A DNA stretch of 64,000 nt from Armatimonadota bacterium (GTDB lineage Bacteria > Armatimonadota > SYMT01), in NCBI GenBank assembly GCA_041690135.1, contig JAWLHY010000006.1, positions 358,337 through 422,336 of the forward strand, given 5' to 3'. Both the position numbers and the translations under genes were made by a program. The notes under the pieces were generated by a model. It saw only the letters and a list, made by a program, of their open reading frames with translations. It was not told the origin of the DNA and did not search any database. Shown here in pieces: positions 1-10,365 of the stretch (within the stretch, counting starts at the first letter, position 1; each line of letters starts with the position of its first letter).

Positions 1-69
1 ACGGGCGGCCTGCAGTGGGCCCTGGGCCTGAAGAAGGGCAACGACACCCCGGGCAACCCGATCAAGTAA
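1..69 (+). CDS. 3' end of a CDS truncated by the window edge, possibly a ThuA-like domain protein
   Basis: Frame 1 reads TGGLQWALGLKKGNDTPGNPIK* with GC3-biased codons; GGLxWALG resembles the ThuA C-terminus. Confidence 0.45.
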   Translation, partial: TGGLQWALGLKKGNDTPGNPIK

Positions 70-84
70 GGGGCAAGCGTTCGA

Positions 85-227
85 GTGTGGTGGTGTGGGA
101 GTATGAGGGTATGGTAGTGTGGGAACGTGAGGGAAGTCGTGGCCCGGTTAGGTCTTTCCCCACCCCGAACTCCGCCGCTCTCGCATCCCCATTTCTTGCT
201 GCCATACTGCCACACTCCCCTACGCCC
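85..227. repeat. Degenerate octamer tandem repeats (GTGTGGGA/GTATGAGG) with an inverted set (CCATACT/CCACACT)
   Basis: About 6 octamers at 85-132 and complementary units at about 201-227, intergenic. Confidence 0.6.
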
Positions 228-244
228 GTAACTCGTCGGAGCCC

Positions 245-1084
245 ATGAATAAAAAGTCATCGCACGTAGCTCTCTGGTCCGGTCTTGCGGCGGCCGGCGC
301 TGCCGCCCTCGCCGTACGCGCTTTTGTCATCGAGCCGAGCCAGGTCGAAGTCACCGAGCATGATCTGCCGGTTCCGGACCTCCCCGCCGAGTGGGAGGGG
401 GCGCGAGTTGTGCACCTGACGGACCTCCACTACGGAGATCCCCATTCGGACAAGCTCTTCCCCTGGATGGTGGAGACCGTCAACGGGTTCGCCCCGGACC
501 TGATTGTGATCACCGGCGACTACGTGCTCCGCACCTATGCGGAGGGGCGCCTGGCGGTCCGCCACCTGAAGCGCCTGCGGAGCCGGCATGGGATCGTGGG
601 AGTCCTGGGCGACCATGACTACTGTGGCATCTGCCGCGACCCGATCCACGGCCTCGAGACGCTCCTCCGCGATGCCGGCATCCAGTTGCTGCGCAACGAT
701 AGCGTCGAGCTTCCGGGCGGGCTCCGGATTGCCGGCGTGGACCCGACCACGCGCAAGATCCAGCGAGGTCGCCTGGCGGAAGCCCTGGCGACCCTACCGG
801 ACCGGAACCCGCACCTGCTTCTCGCCCATTGCCCCGATATTCTCACGGAAGCATCGGAGCGAGAACTACCAGTGGTCCTCTGCGGGCACACGCACGGAGG
901 CCAGGTCGTGGTGCCGTTCTACGGACCGCCGGTTACGCACACGAAGATTTCCCGGGAGTACTGCTCGGGATGGTCGAGCCTGGGCCAAACGCGAATGTAC
1001 ACCGGGCGCGGGCTGGCGAGCCACTACTCGCTGCGCTTCCTTTGCCGCCCGGAAATCACCGTGTTCACGCTGCGCCCGGCGTAA
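245..1084 (+). CDS. Metallophosphoesterase, YkuE/YaeI-like
   Basis: Motifs DLH, GDY, GDHD, LLAH and GHTHGGQ; N-terminal anchor. Confidence 0.9.
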   Translation: MNKKSSHVALWSGLAAAGAAALAVRAFVIEPSQVEVTEHDLPVPDLPAEWEGARVVHLTDLHYGDPHSDKLFPWMVETVNGFAPDLIVITGDYVLRTYAEGRLAVRHLKRLRSRHGIVGVLGDHDYCGICRDPIHGLETLLRDAGIQLLRNDSVELPGGLRIAGVDPTTRKIQRGRLAEALATLPDRNPHLLLAHCPDILTEASERELPVVLCGHTHGGQVVVPFYGPPVTHTKISREYCSGWSSLGQTRMYTGRGLASHYSLRFLCRPEITVFTLRPA

Positions 1085-2129
1085 GGTCCGTTACCTGCCC
1101 CGACGCGGCCCGGCGAAGGCGGTCGTTGACAGCGTCGCCCAGTCCGCCGGACGGCATGGCCCGCGCCAGGATCAGCGTCACACCGGAGGCATCCAGGGTA
1201 CGCAACTCCGCGTACAGGCGGCGTGCTACTTCCTCGGGTTGGTAACGGGAACCCAGATGCCCCAACTTGACCGGGAGGCGCTGCCACACATCCTGGTCTT
1301 CCGCGTAGACCAGGATGCCGATCTTCGCGGGATCGCTCGCCTCGCCTGCCAGGGCTTGCATCGCCGCCAGCACGTCGCGGTCCGGCCCCTGATACAGGCG
1401 CATCTCGGCACGGGGACTGTAGTGACGGGTCAGCAGGCCTGGGGAGACCAGGCCGGCGTTCCCCTCGTCTTCTTTTCCCGATGGAGGAGCAAACTCCCCC
1501 ACCGGCTGACCCAGGGCCGCTTCGATGGCCTCCCGGGAGACTCCGCCGGGCCGCAGTACCACGGGAACAGCGCCGCGCAGGTCGAGGACGGTCGACTCCA
1601 CTCCGACATCGGCCGGACCGCCGTCCAGAACCGCGTCGATCCTGCCCTCCAGGTCCGCCAGCACGTGGTGCGCGGTGGTCGGGCTGGTCCGGCTGAAGAG
1701 GTTCGCACTGGGGGCGGCGATCGGGGCGCCCACGCGCCCAATCAACTCCCGCGCCACCGGGTGCGCCGGCATCCGCACGGCCACGCTGTCGCGGCCGGCG
1801 GTGACCAGGGAAGGCACGAGGTCCGATTTCGGAAGCACCAGGGTGAGCGGACCGGGCCAGAACGCCTCCGCCAGGCGGCGAGCCACCTCCGGAAACTCCC
1901 GCACCAGCGGGCGCACCCCCTCCGCTTCCGCCACGTGGAGGATTACCGGGTCGCTGTGGGGACGCCCCTTAGCCTGGAAGATCCGCTCCACCGCCACCGC
2001 ATCCAGCCCCAGGGCTCCCAGACCGTACACCGTCTCGGTCGGGAAAGCCACCAGGCCGCCTTGCCGGAGAATAGCGGCAGCTTGATCCAGCGCCGCCGGA
2101 TCCTCTGCCCGCAGGACGAGAGTGTTCAT
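1065..2129 (-). CDS. tsaC: L-threonylcarbamoyladenylate synthase (Sua5 type)
   Basis: VAFPTETVYGLG, KGRP and APSAN motifs plus C-terminal SUA5 domain (SPG..HYSP). Confidence 0.95.
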   Translation of the reverse strand: MNTLVLRAEDPAALDQAAAILRQGGLVAFPTETVYGLGALGLDAVAVERIFQAKGRPHSDPVILHVAEAEGVRPLVREFPEVARRLAEAFWPGPLTLVLPKSDLVPSLVTAGRDSVAVRMPAHPVARELIGRVGAPIAAPSANLFSRTSPTTAHHVLADLEGRIDAVLDGGPADVGVESTVLDLRGAVPVVLRPGGVSREAIEAALGQPVGEFAPPSGKEDEGNAGLVSPGLLTRHYSPRAEMRLYQGPDRDVLAAMQALAGEASDPAKIGILVYAEDQDVWQRLPVKLGHLGSRYQPEEVARRLYAELRTLDASGVTLILARAMPSGGLGDAVNDRLRRAASGQVTDLTPGAA

Positions 2130-2132
2130 GGC

Positions 2133-3878
2133 TCAGAACAATTGCGGACGGGTGGCGGCGCCCACGGCTTTGCGCAGTGCGCGGACGGCGGAAAGTAACT
2201 CCGGAATGTCGTGCGGGGCAGGGCGGGGCTCCGCCATTGCCTCTGAAATAATGGGCCAGTAGCCGTAGTCCTCGATCTGGGAGAGATCGAACAGCATCAC
2301 CCCATGACTGTAGGTGCGTGCTGCGTGGATCGCATCGCGGAACGCTTCCGGAGCGTCGCGATAATCCTGGACGTACAGGCCCGCATACACAAAGGCCGCA
2401 TCGCTCACCGCCTGCGTGGAGCGTTCCGCCGCGGCCTGCACCGTATAGCCGTCGTCCAGGCCGGCCCGGCGCGCCTGGTCGCGAGTGGCCACCGGGTGGT
2501 AGCAGCCGGTCGTAACCCAATCGAGCAGGTGAGCATAACCGGTGGTGTTGTAGGTCGGGCTCATCCAATCATAGCCGGGGGCGAAATCCTCGGAGCCCCA
2601 GTTCACCCCCACCGTGTAATAGCTACCGTACCAGGAGCCGACGTACACCCCGATCTTCGCCTGGGGCCGGCGCGTGCGCACCAGCTTGCTCGCGTCTTCC
2701 AGCCAGGTGCGGATATTCCGCGCCCGCCACTCCAGCCACTGCTTGAAGTAGGGACCCCACACCAGCGGCCGGCCGGGGCTCGGATCGAAGCTGTAGATAT
2801 CCGCCGGGAAGCGATCCAGCTTCCGACCGATGAACTCCTCGAACTTCTCGCGGGAGAAGTTACTGAAGTCGGAGTGCAGGCTGGCGTACCGCATCCGGTC
2901 AAACACGATCCCGTCGATATCGTAGCCGGAGACGATCTCCTCCACGATCCGCAGGAGGTACTGGCGGGAAACGGGGTTTGCGGGGTTCACGAAAGCCGCG
3001 ATCGTTTCCGAGGGGGCTTCGGTGACGGGCAGGAATTGATCTTCGCTCGTCCAGCGAAGGGTATCTCCCACGCGGATATTCTGCAGCAGCCACCGGGCGC
3101 CGTCCCCACGCCCCACGAGGAGGTACCCGTCGGTCGGTACGGCGACGCCCTCCGCGGGAGCCAGCACGCCGTCGACCACGGCATCCACCCGGTCCTGCAC
3201 CACCGTCACGAGCGCTTCTTCGGAGCTGAAGCTGCGCCGGGCGCCGTAGCCGGGATCGAAAACGGTCACCTGGCCGTCCTCGGGCGACCGGTTCGCGCCG
3301 ACGGCCAGCGCCTTCGACGCTCCCCGCGGCGTAGTCAGGGTCCGTTTCACGTCATAGCAGATCGTCTGCAACTCGGGCTTGCCGTACCCCGGCCCGCTCT
3401 TGATGAGCTTGTGGCCATCGCTGAAAACGTTCATGTTGGCGTAGACCTTCATCCCCCGCTTGTGGCCCTCATCGAGCGCGGTGCGGAGTAGATCGTAGCC
3501 ACTGGGGTAGCGGAACCCGCGCCATTCCGTCAGCTTCGGCGCGTGGCGACTGTCGTACAACACGTGGCCGCTAAGCGGTTTGACGTCCACGACTACGGTG
3601 TTGATGTGGGCCTGCTTGCACCGGTCCAACACGGCCGCCAGCCCTTCCCGCGTGGAAAGACGCTGGAGGTTGGCGGTGCCGTCCAGCCAGAGCACCCGCC
3701 CTTCGGCGCCGGCGCGCTGCACCACCACCTGCGAGAGGCCGTCCACGGAAGCGGGCGGCAGAATGGCCTGCGCCCGCACAGGCGGGGGCACGAGGCAGGA
3801 GAAGAAGCCGAGCAGCACGGCGAGGAGCCGGAAAACTCCCACGGCTCCAGGATGGTTCCGATTGTTGATTCCAAACAT
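2133..3878 (-). CDS. Secreted glycosyl hydrolase-like 10 (GHL10/DUF187) family protein
   Basis: INTVVVDVKP, NPANP and YDIDGIVFDRMRY motifs; signal peptide after ATG 3878 (start uncertain). Confidence 0.75.
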   Translation of the reverse strand: MFGINNRNHPGAVGVFRLLAVLLGFFSCLVPPPVRAQAILPPASVDGLSQVVVQRAGAEGRVLWLDGTANLQRLSTREGLAAVLDRCKQAHINTVVVDVKPLSGHVLYDSRHAPKLTEWRGFRYPSGYDLLRTALDEGHKRGMKVYANMNVFSDGHKLIKSGPGYGKPELQTICYDVKRTLTTPRGASKALAVGANRSPEDGQVTVFDPGYGARRSFSSEEALVTVVQDRVDAVVDGVLAPAEGVAVPTDGYLLVGRGDGARWLLQNIRVGDTLRWTSEDQFLPVTEAPSETIAAFVNPANPVSRQYLLRIVEEIVSGYDIDGIVFDRMRYASLHSDFSNFSREKFEEFIGRKLDRFPADIYSFDPSPGRPLVWGPYFKQWLEWRARNIRTWLEDASKLVRTRRPQAKIGVYVGSWYGSYYTVGVNWGSEDFAPGYDWMSPTYNTTGYAHLLDWVTTGCYHPVATRDQARRAGLDDGYTVQAAAERSTQAVSDAAFVYAGLYVQDYRDAPEAFRDAIHAARTYSHGVMLFDLSQIEDYGYWPIISEAMAEPRPAPHDIPELLSAVRALRKAVGAATRPQLF

Positions 3879-4049
3879 AACCGAGAAAGCGTACCGCATC
3901 CGGCTGGAAAACCGCCAGGGAAATCCTGACGCGACAGCGCGGATGGGAGAATGGGCGGCAGCGACCCGGGTAGCGCCCAGACGCACCCTGGACGAGAATA
4001 TCCCGCGCTTGCCCCCCAATTCTCCTGTCGGAAGGGGTTCTAACAGCCT

Positions 4050-5321
4050 CTAGTTCTTCGCCACCTTCTTCGCAAGAGCCTTCTCGATCGTCTCTTGCAG
4101 GCGTGCTCCCCGGAGATCATTGCCCGCCGCGAGGATCTCACCCGTGTCGCCATCGACGAGGTAGGCCCTGGGAATGGAGGTCACTCCGTACATCTTAGCC
4201 ACCCGGGCTTCCCAGAACTTGCCGTCATAAACTTGCGGCCAAGGCATGTTCCGCTGCTTGGTAAACTGGGCCAGCTTCTCGGCAGCACCCTCCTGGTCGA
4301 GGCTGATCCCCAGGACCTCCAGGCCCTTCGGATGCCACTTTTCGTAGGCGCTCAGTAGGTGAGGCAACTCCGCAATACAGGGACCGCACCAGGTCGCCCA
4401 AAAGTCCAGGAGCACCACCTTGCCCTTATAGGATGCCGGGAAGTTGATCGCCTTGCCGTCCGTCGCTTTCGCTTCGAAGACCAGGGCCTTCTGGCCCACC
4501 GAGAGATCGGGCGGCGGTGCGATCTCGGCGACCATCCGGTCGGATTTGACCACCTCGAACCCGGAGCCATCCGCGGCCAGGTTCCGCAGCTCGTAGGTAG
4601 TGCCCTTGATGTTGAACGGTTGGGTTACATCATACTTCTCGCCGCGAGCATCGAACTTGCCGTTACCGTTCACGTCGATCATTAACTGCACGCCCACGCG
4701 CTCACCGATTTTCCCCCGGAAGTCCCCCCGTGCGGGCCAGTCGTGCAGGGCGGCGCGGTACGACTGCCCGCCCAAGGATAGCTGCCCCTGGTAGACATAA
4801 TCCGAGTAATAGAGGATCGTGTCTTTGAGGGCGGCCCGAGTCGGATCGTTCGGATCGAAACGGTAAGCGTTCAACTGGACGGGAACCGCTTGCGCACCCG
4901 ATCCGAGCTGGATCTTGAGGCCCCCCGAGTACACCGTGCGCTCTGCGCCATTTACCTTGGAGACTCTCTTGGTCCATCGGGGCGGCGCATCATCCGTGAG
5001 ATCTCCGTTGGCATTGGTATCCACCAGGAGCCGCGCGTCCTTGCCCTCAGCCTCGTCCAGAACCACCACGAACGCCCTGGGCTGATCGAGCGCACCAAAC
5101 CGGATAACTCCGTAGCGCGGTGCCGCCAAGTCTTCCGGGAGCTTTTTGAGCTCCGCGGGTCGGTCCGGTGTCAACTGGAGGCGGACCGGCAGGTACCCGC
5201 CCACGGTGGACGAGCCCCCGGTCGGAACCAGTTTCAGCTTCACGGGTTCGGCACTCACGCGAACAGCGAAGACCAGGCCCAGAACTCCCACGAGGCAAAA
5301 TGAAGCAGAAGCGCGTTTCAT
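4050..5321 (-). CDS. Exported TlpA-family thiol-disulfide oxidoreductase with long N-terminal extension
   Basis: LLDFWATWCGPC and SIP cis-Pro motifs; signal peptide. Confidence 0.88.
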   Translation of the reverse strand: MKRASASFCLVGVLGLVFAVRVSAEPVKLKLVPTGGSSTVGGYLPVRLQLTPDRPAELKKLPEDLAAPRYGVIRFGALDQPRAFVVVLDEAEGKDARLLVDTNANGDLTDDAPPRWTKRVSKVNGAERTVYSGGLKIQLGSGAQAVPVQLNAYRFDPNDPTRAALKDTILYYSDYVYQGQLSLGGQSYRAALHDWPARGDFRGKIGERVGVQLMIDVNGNGKFDARGEKYDVTQPFNIKGTTYELRNLAADGSGFEVVKSDRMVAEIAPPPDLSVGQKALVFEAKATDGKAINFPASYKGKVVLLDFWATWCGPCIAELPHLLSAYEKWHPKGLEVLGISLDQEGAAEKLAQFTKQRNMPWPQVYDGKFWEARVAKMYGVTSIPRAYLVDGDTGEILAAGNDLRGARLQETIEKALAKKVAKN

Positions 5322-5357
5322 TTGTCGAAACTCCTCATCAGGGTAGGTGGCGCGCCC

Positions 5358-6308
5358 CTATCGGCGCTGAAGAGCGCGGCGGGCCATGGTATAGACGCAA
5401 CCGTGGCGCACTCCATTGTTGCTGACTACCAGGTTCGGCTGCGAAAGGCGGGCCATCATCTGATGGAGGATCATCGTCCCCGCCAGGATGACGTCCGCGC
5501 GTTCCGGCTCCAGGCCGGGTACGCGTTTGCGGAACTTCAGAGTTAGACTCCGGAAAAGGTCGATCAGTTCCGCCACTCGCGTGTGCGGAAGAATGGCGCC
5601 GTGGAGTTCCCGGGGAGAGATCATTCCGGAGGCCCGCGCCACGCTCGCCAGGTTATAGACAGTCCCACCGCACCCGATGAGCAGCGATCCGGGCGCGAGC
5701 GGTTCCACCTCCGCCAGGGCCTGTTCGATCGCCAGGTCCGCCGCGTCACACTCGCCCACGGCGGGGGGGTCGCTGCGCAGGTATTGCTCGGTGAGCCGGA
5801 CAGCGCCAAGGGGGTAACTGCATCGGGAGACGATCTTCTGCCCCAGTCCGCGGGTCAGCTCGGTACTTCCCCCGCCGATGTCCAGCACCACGCGCTCGCC
5901 GTCGCTCCCTGGGAGCCGGCGGTCGAACACGTTGCCGATGTAGGCCAGTTCCGCCTCCTGCTCGCCCGAGATGACCTCGATCGGCAGGCCGCACTCCTGG
6001 CGAACCTCCTGCCGGAACTCCGCTCCATTGACCGCTTCCCGCAGCACCGAGGTGCCGACCGCCGCCATGCTCTCAGCGCCCGCCCGCCGCGCCACGCGAA
6101 CGAAATCAGAAATTGCTTCCAGCGTCCGTTCCCGCGCGGACCGGATCAACCGGTTGCCGCTGTAGTAACGCTCGCTCAACCGCGTGGCGCGTGCCCCCTC
6201 CACCAGAGGCGTGAGCCGGCCTTCTTCGTCCACGTCTGCTACCAGCAGAAGGACGGAATTGCTTCCCACGTCGATGGCCGCATAACGGCCCGGATGAAAG
6301 GCCTCCAC
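5358..6308 (-). CDS. ppx: Ppx/GppA family exopolyphosphatase
   Basis: AAIDVGSNS, ISGEQEA, DIGGGSTE and RADVI motifs. Confidence 0.9.
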   Translation of the reverse strand: MEAFHPGRYAAIDVGSNSVLLLVADVDEEGRLTPLVEGARATRLSERYYSGNRLIRSARERTLEAISDFVRVARRAGAESMAAVGTSVLREAVNGAEFRQEVRQECGLPIEVISGEQEAELAYIGNVFDRRLPGSDGERVVLDIGGGSTELTRGLGQKIVSRCSYPLGAVRLTEQYLRSDPPAVGECDAADLAIEQALAEVEPLAPGSLLIGCGGTVYNLASVARASGMISPRELHGAILPHTRVAELIDLFRSLTLKFRKRVPGLEPERADVILAGTMILHQMMARLSQPNLVVSNNGVRHGCVYTMARRALQRR

Positions 6309-6478
6309 AGACTAGCTCGTCCCTTGAAAAATGAGAATGGTGCGAAGTCGCTTCACGATCATACCGTGTCCGGGCGGGGTTCAACCAGAAGTCTGTTCCG
6401 CCAGCACACCCTGCTTCACCTTCTCTCCGGGGCTCCGCCGCCGACCAGCTTCTCCCAGTCAACCCATGGGGAAAGCGG

Positions 6479-7546
6479 TCAGTTCTTCATTCCGGTTACG
6501 GTAATACCCTGGATAAAGGTCTTCTGGGCAAAGAAGAAGATCACGATCACCGGCACGACCACCAGGGTCGAAGCGGCCATCAGCAGGGGCCATTGGGTGC
6601 CGCCGTGCTGGCTCTGGTAAGCTTGCAGGCCGTAGGCCAGGGTGTACATCTTCTGATCGGTCAGGTAGATCAGCGGCCCCAAGAAGTCGTTCCACACGTG
6701 CATGAAGTTGAACAGCGCCACCACGGCCAGGGCCGGCTTGGAGAGCGGCAAGATCACATCGCGGAAGATCCGGAACTCCGAACAACCGTCGATCTTCGCC
6801 GCATCCGACAGTTCAAAGGGGATGGTCAGGAAGAATTGCCGCAGCAGAAAGATGTTGAAGGCGCTGCCGAAGAAGGCCGGCACCCAAAGTGGCTTGGGGC
6901 TCCCTACCCAGCCCAGCGACTTGAAGACGACGTAGACCGGCACCATGAGCACGGGGAACGGGATCATCATGGTCGCGATCGTGAGCCCAAAGGCAAGGTT
7001 TCGCCCCGGCCACACGATGCGCGCAAATCCGTAGGCCACCAGCGCATTCGAGAGAGCCGTTCCCAGCACCGAGAGGATCGCGATGTAGAGTGTGTTCTTT
7101 CCATAGCGCAAGAACGGTATGTAACCCAGCTCATCCGTCTTATAGGTAACGGCCTTCCAGTAGTTCTCCCACCGATAGACGGGCGGTATCCGTACGGAGG
7201 TGGCCGGCACCCACAACCGCTCCTTCCGGCCCCCCACTGTGTCCCTCTCGATATAGGCCTGGTCCCCTTCCCGGCCGAGCAGAGCCACCAGGGTCTCTTC
7301 CGGGCGGCTGATTTCCCCTGCGGAAGCCGATAACGGAGACAGGTAAAAAGCAGCCGGATAGCGCACCCCATCCGAGCCGGTGATGGCTTCCGGGTAGGGC
7401 AGCAGGCGCGGCGGCATCTCGGAAGTCTGGCTCAACGGCTTCAGCGAGGTGGCGACCATCCAGAGGAGCGGAAACAAGAAGATAACGCTTCCACCCAGCA
7501 GGATCAGGGTGATCACCACCCGGGCAAGGGGAGACCTGGCTTGCAT
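6479..7546 (-). CDS. Carbohydrate ABC transporter permease (MalG-like)
   Basis: EAA loop ELSDAAKIDGC, WNDFLGPLIYL, multiple TM segments. Confidence 0.92.
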   Translation of the reverse strand: MQARSPLARVVITLILLGGSVIFLFPLLWMVATSLKPLSQTSEMPPRLLPYPEAITGSDGVRYPAAFYLSPLSASAGEISRPEETLVALLGREGDQAYIERDTVGGRKERLWVPATSVRIPPVYRWENYWKAVTYKTDELGYIPFLRYGKNTLYIAILSVLGTALSNALVAYGFARIVWPGRNLAFGLTIATMMIPFPVLMVPVYVVFKSLGWVGSPKPLWVPAFFGSAFNIFLLRQFFLTIPFELSDAAKIDGCSEFRIFRDVILPLSKPALAVVALFNFMHVWNDFLGPLIYLTDQKMYTLAYGLQAYQSQHGGTQWPLLMAASTLVVVPVIVIFFFAQKTFIQGITVTGMKN

Positions 7547-7552
7547 CGCGGA

Positions 7553-8677
7553 TCAGCTCCCCCCGTAGTGGACGTGCCGATCGCTGAGCCGCAGGGCCAG
7601 CATGGTCAGTCCAAAAACGATTACGAAGAGGATCCATGCCATAGCCGAGGCATACCCCATCCGCAGGTAAAGGAAGGCGTTATCGAACAGGTTCACCGCC
7701 AGGAAGTAGGCGCTGCGGGCCGGCTGTCCTCCGGGCGCCATCACGAAGGGCAGGGCAAAAAAGTTGAACGTTCCGATGATCGCCATGATGCCGTTGAAAA
7801 GAATCGTGGGGCTGACCATCGGCAGGGTGACATGTTGTACTTTTTGCCACCAGGTAGCGCCGTCCAGATCCGCCGCTTCCAGCAGATGGACCGGTACGTC
7901 TTGCAGGCCGGCCAGGTAAATGACCACCGAGTTGCCTACCCCATACAACGTCACCAGCACGAACGCCGGCTTCACCCAGGCGGTCTCGCTCAGCCAACTC
8001 GGCAGGTTGATAGAGCAGGAACCCAGGGCCGCTGTGTTCCCCGACTGCCAGGTAAGGAAAAGGACCAAAGCTCCTGCCAGCCCGGCCCCCAAATAGCGCC
8101 CGCGGGGCCGGCCGGGTTTGCGACCCTTGAGATGCGGCGGATCCGGAGTCCCGCTGCGCACGAGCAGGACCAGCGTGAGCAGAAGGAGCGACATCCAGCC
8201 CCACTGCGCCAGGACGGTTCCAAGCACCAGGTTGAGGATGCCGTTCTTCCCATTGAGGATCAGCAACCAGAGGATGCCCATCGCTACCGCGGGCACCAGC
8301 GACGGCAGGAAAAAGATCGTTCGGTAAACTGCCATACCGGGCACGCCGGTGTTGAGCAGCATCGCCAGGGACAGTGCCACCAGAATGCTCAAGGGGATGG
8401 CCGCGAGGGCATAGACCACCGTGTTGGCGAGAGCCTGTAGGAACGCCTCATCTCCCAGGAGTTGCCGGTAATTCTCCAGACCGATAAACCGCGCAGGCTG
8501 CAGCACCGAGAAGTCGCACAGGCTGTAGTAGAGCGACATGGAGATCGGGTAGGCGAGAAACAGACCAAAGCCCACGAGCCATGGAGCGACAAACAAGAGG
8601 CCGTTGCGCAGGTTGGTCTTCTCGACCCGGGTGAGGCCCCGTTTCCGCTTGATGGCTACTCTTTCCGGTCCCTTCAC
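7553..8677 (-). CDS. Carbohydrate ABC transporter permease (MalF-like)
   Basis: FIGLENY and LLEAADLDGA motifs; TM segments. Confidence 0.92.
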   Translation of the reverse strand: MKGPERVAIKRKRGLTRVEKTNLRNGLLFVAPWLVGFGLFLAYPISMSLYYSLCDFSVLQPARFIGLENYRQLLGDEAFLQALANTVVYALAAIPLSILVALSLAMLLNTGVPGMAVYRTIFFLPSLVPAVAMGILWLLILNGKNGILNLVLGTVLAQWGWMSLLLLTLVLLVRSGTPDPPHLKGRKPGRPRGRYLGAGLAGALVLFLTWQSGNTAALGSCSINLPSWLSETAWVKPAFVLVTLYGVGNSVVIYLAGLQDVPVHLLEAADLDGATWWQKVQHVTLPMVSPTILFNGIMAIIGTFNFFALPFVMAPGGQPARSAYFLAVNLFDNAFLYLRMGYASAMAWILFVIVFGLTMLALRLSDRHVHYGGS

Positions 8678-8690
8678 GAACGGCCCCCTC

Positions 8691-10013
8691 TTAATTCCGG
8701 TTCAGGTTCGCGTGGTAGCGGGCTAATTTCGGCTGAATCCGCTGGTCGATGTAAGCCAGCGCCTCCGCGGGCTTCTTACCGTTGATCCAGAACTGCTCGA
8801 AGCCGGTCTTGATCTCGTCCTGCCACTCCCGCCACACGCCGACCCGCGGCGTGGTGAAGGTGTTCCCATAACGAGCCAGATCGTAGAAGAGCCGGATGCG
8901 CTTGTTCCGGTGCCGCCGGTAGAAGTTCTCCGACACCCGGCTGAGGGGCGAATGCTTCCAGTGCGAATCGCACAACATCTCCATTCCCTCCTGCGACTGC
9001 AGGAAGCGAATGAATTCCCAGGCCTCGTTCGGATGCTTCGCACCGGTCGGAATCACCACCACGTCCGAGCCCACCGGCGTCGAGTTAACCAGGTCGGGCC
9101 GGTCTGCCGGATATGGAAACGGCGCGGCATCCCAGTCCAGGCTGGGGTTGCTGTTGTGGATGTAGTTCGCCATCCAGACCCCCTGGAGGACCATTGCCAC
9201 CTGGCCGGACATGAATGCGTTCTGCGGCGAGGCAAAGTTGCCGAAGCCGCTCTGGAACACCTGGATGTCCCGGTTTCCGTATCGATCCGCGTAAGCTTTC
9301 ACCCAGTCGAAGGCGCGCACGTTCTCGGAAGTCACCATCGTGGCCCGGCCCGTTTCGTCTTGCAGGCGGCCTCCGAAGAAATAGCCCCAGCCCCAGTTCC
9401 ACCAACCGGGTTCGGTGGGAAGAAAGCCCATCCGGACGATCTTTCCGGCGGCGTCCCGCTTCGTAAGCCTCTCCGACATCGCGTCGAGCTCTTCGATGGT
9501 GCGCGGAGGGCGGTCCGGGTCCAGCCCGGCCTCACGGAACAGTTTCCGGTTCCAGTGTAGCGCTACGGAAACGGGCGTCGTCGGCAGAGCATACGTGCGC
9601 CCCTGGTGCCGGCAAAGCTCCCAGTACGCCTTGAGGTAGTGGTCCGCACCCAGACCATCCCTTTCCAGATAGCGGTCGAGGGGCTGGATCGCGTTGTAGT
9701 CGGCGTAGACGACCACGTTGTAGTCCCAGATCCCGGCGACGTCCGGCGGGTCCCCTCCTGCGGTAGAGAGCAGGAGCTTCTGGTCCACCTGGCTGATCGC
9801 CAGGTAATCGACATGGATGCGGTCCTGCCGGGCGTTGAAGGCCTCCACGACCTTCCGCATTCCATTTTCCTCGGCGCCGGTCCACTTCTCCCAGTAGCGG
9901 ATGTGCACTTTGCCGTCCGCCGGAGCGGGCTCCGGCCGGAACAGCAGCCAGAAGGCCACCACCGCCACCAGGGCCAGAAGCGGCCCCCCAGATCGACGCG
10001 CGAGTTCACCCAC
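8691..10013 (-). CDS. Sugar ABC transporter substrate-binding protein
   Basis: GGDPPDV, YALP and FMSGQVAM..GVW motifs; adjacent to the two permeases. Confidence 0.9.
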   Translation of the reverse strand: MGELARRSGGPLLALVAVVAFWLLFRPEPAPADGKVHIRYWEKWTGAEENGMRKVVEAFNARQDRIHVDYLAISQVDQKLLLSTAGGDPPDVAGIWDYNVVVYADYNAIQPLDRYLERDGLGADHYLKAYWELCRHQGRTYALPTTPVSVALHWNRKLFREAGLDPDRPPRTIEELDAMSERLTKRDAAGKIVRMGFLPTEPGWWNWGWGYFFGGRLQDETGRATMVTSENVRAFDWVKAYADRYGNRDIQVFQSGFGNFASPQNAFMSGQVAMVLQGVWMANYIHNSNPSLDWDAAPFPYPADRPDLVNSTPVGSDVVVIPTGAKHPNEAWEFIRFLQSQEGMEMLCDSHWKHSPLSRVSENFYRRHRNKRIRLFYDLARYGNTFTTPRVGVWREWQDEIKTGFEQFWINGKKPAEALAYIDQRIQPKLARYHANLNRN

Positions 10014-10104
10014 TAGCGGATCTCCACCCGCTTTGCTGCCCCAAAGTCGCTTTCGAGAAGGCTATTGACCCGTAGCCGCCTGGCAGCATCGCCAGTTCCT
10101 ATCA

Positions 10105-10338
10105 TCATCGCTGCAACATCTCGAAAGCTGCTTCATCGCCCACCCGGATGAGCACATGCCAACCAGTGCTCCCCTGTGCTTTGAGGCGATCGTGCGCTCC
10201 CACGGGCGTATCCCCCAAGGCGTATGAGCTTGCTTCGGCATCAATGGCTACGAACTCACCCAAGTGATCGGGCTCCAGGAGAAGCCGAAGGCGGTCCTGG
10301 TAATACTTCAAGCCGGGAAGTGCTGAGAAGATCATCAA
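10105..10338 (-). CDS. Small hypothetical protein (DUF5678-like); 5' end possibly frameshifted
   Basis: YYQDRLRLLLEPDHLGEFVAID..YALGDT resembles small DUF5678-type proteins. Confidence 0.45.
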   Translation of the reverse strand: MMIFSALPGLKYYQDRLRLLLEPDHLGEFVAIDAEASSYALGDTPVGAHDRLKAQGSTGWHVLIRVGDEAAFEMLQR

Positions 10339-10365
10339 GTACTCGCATTGCTTCTTCTAACTCCC

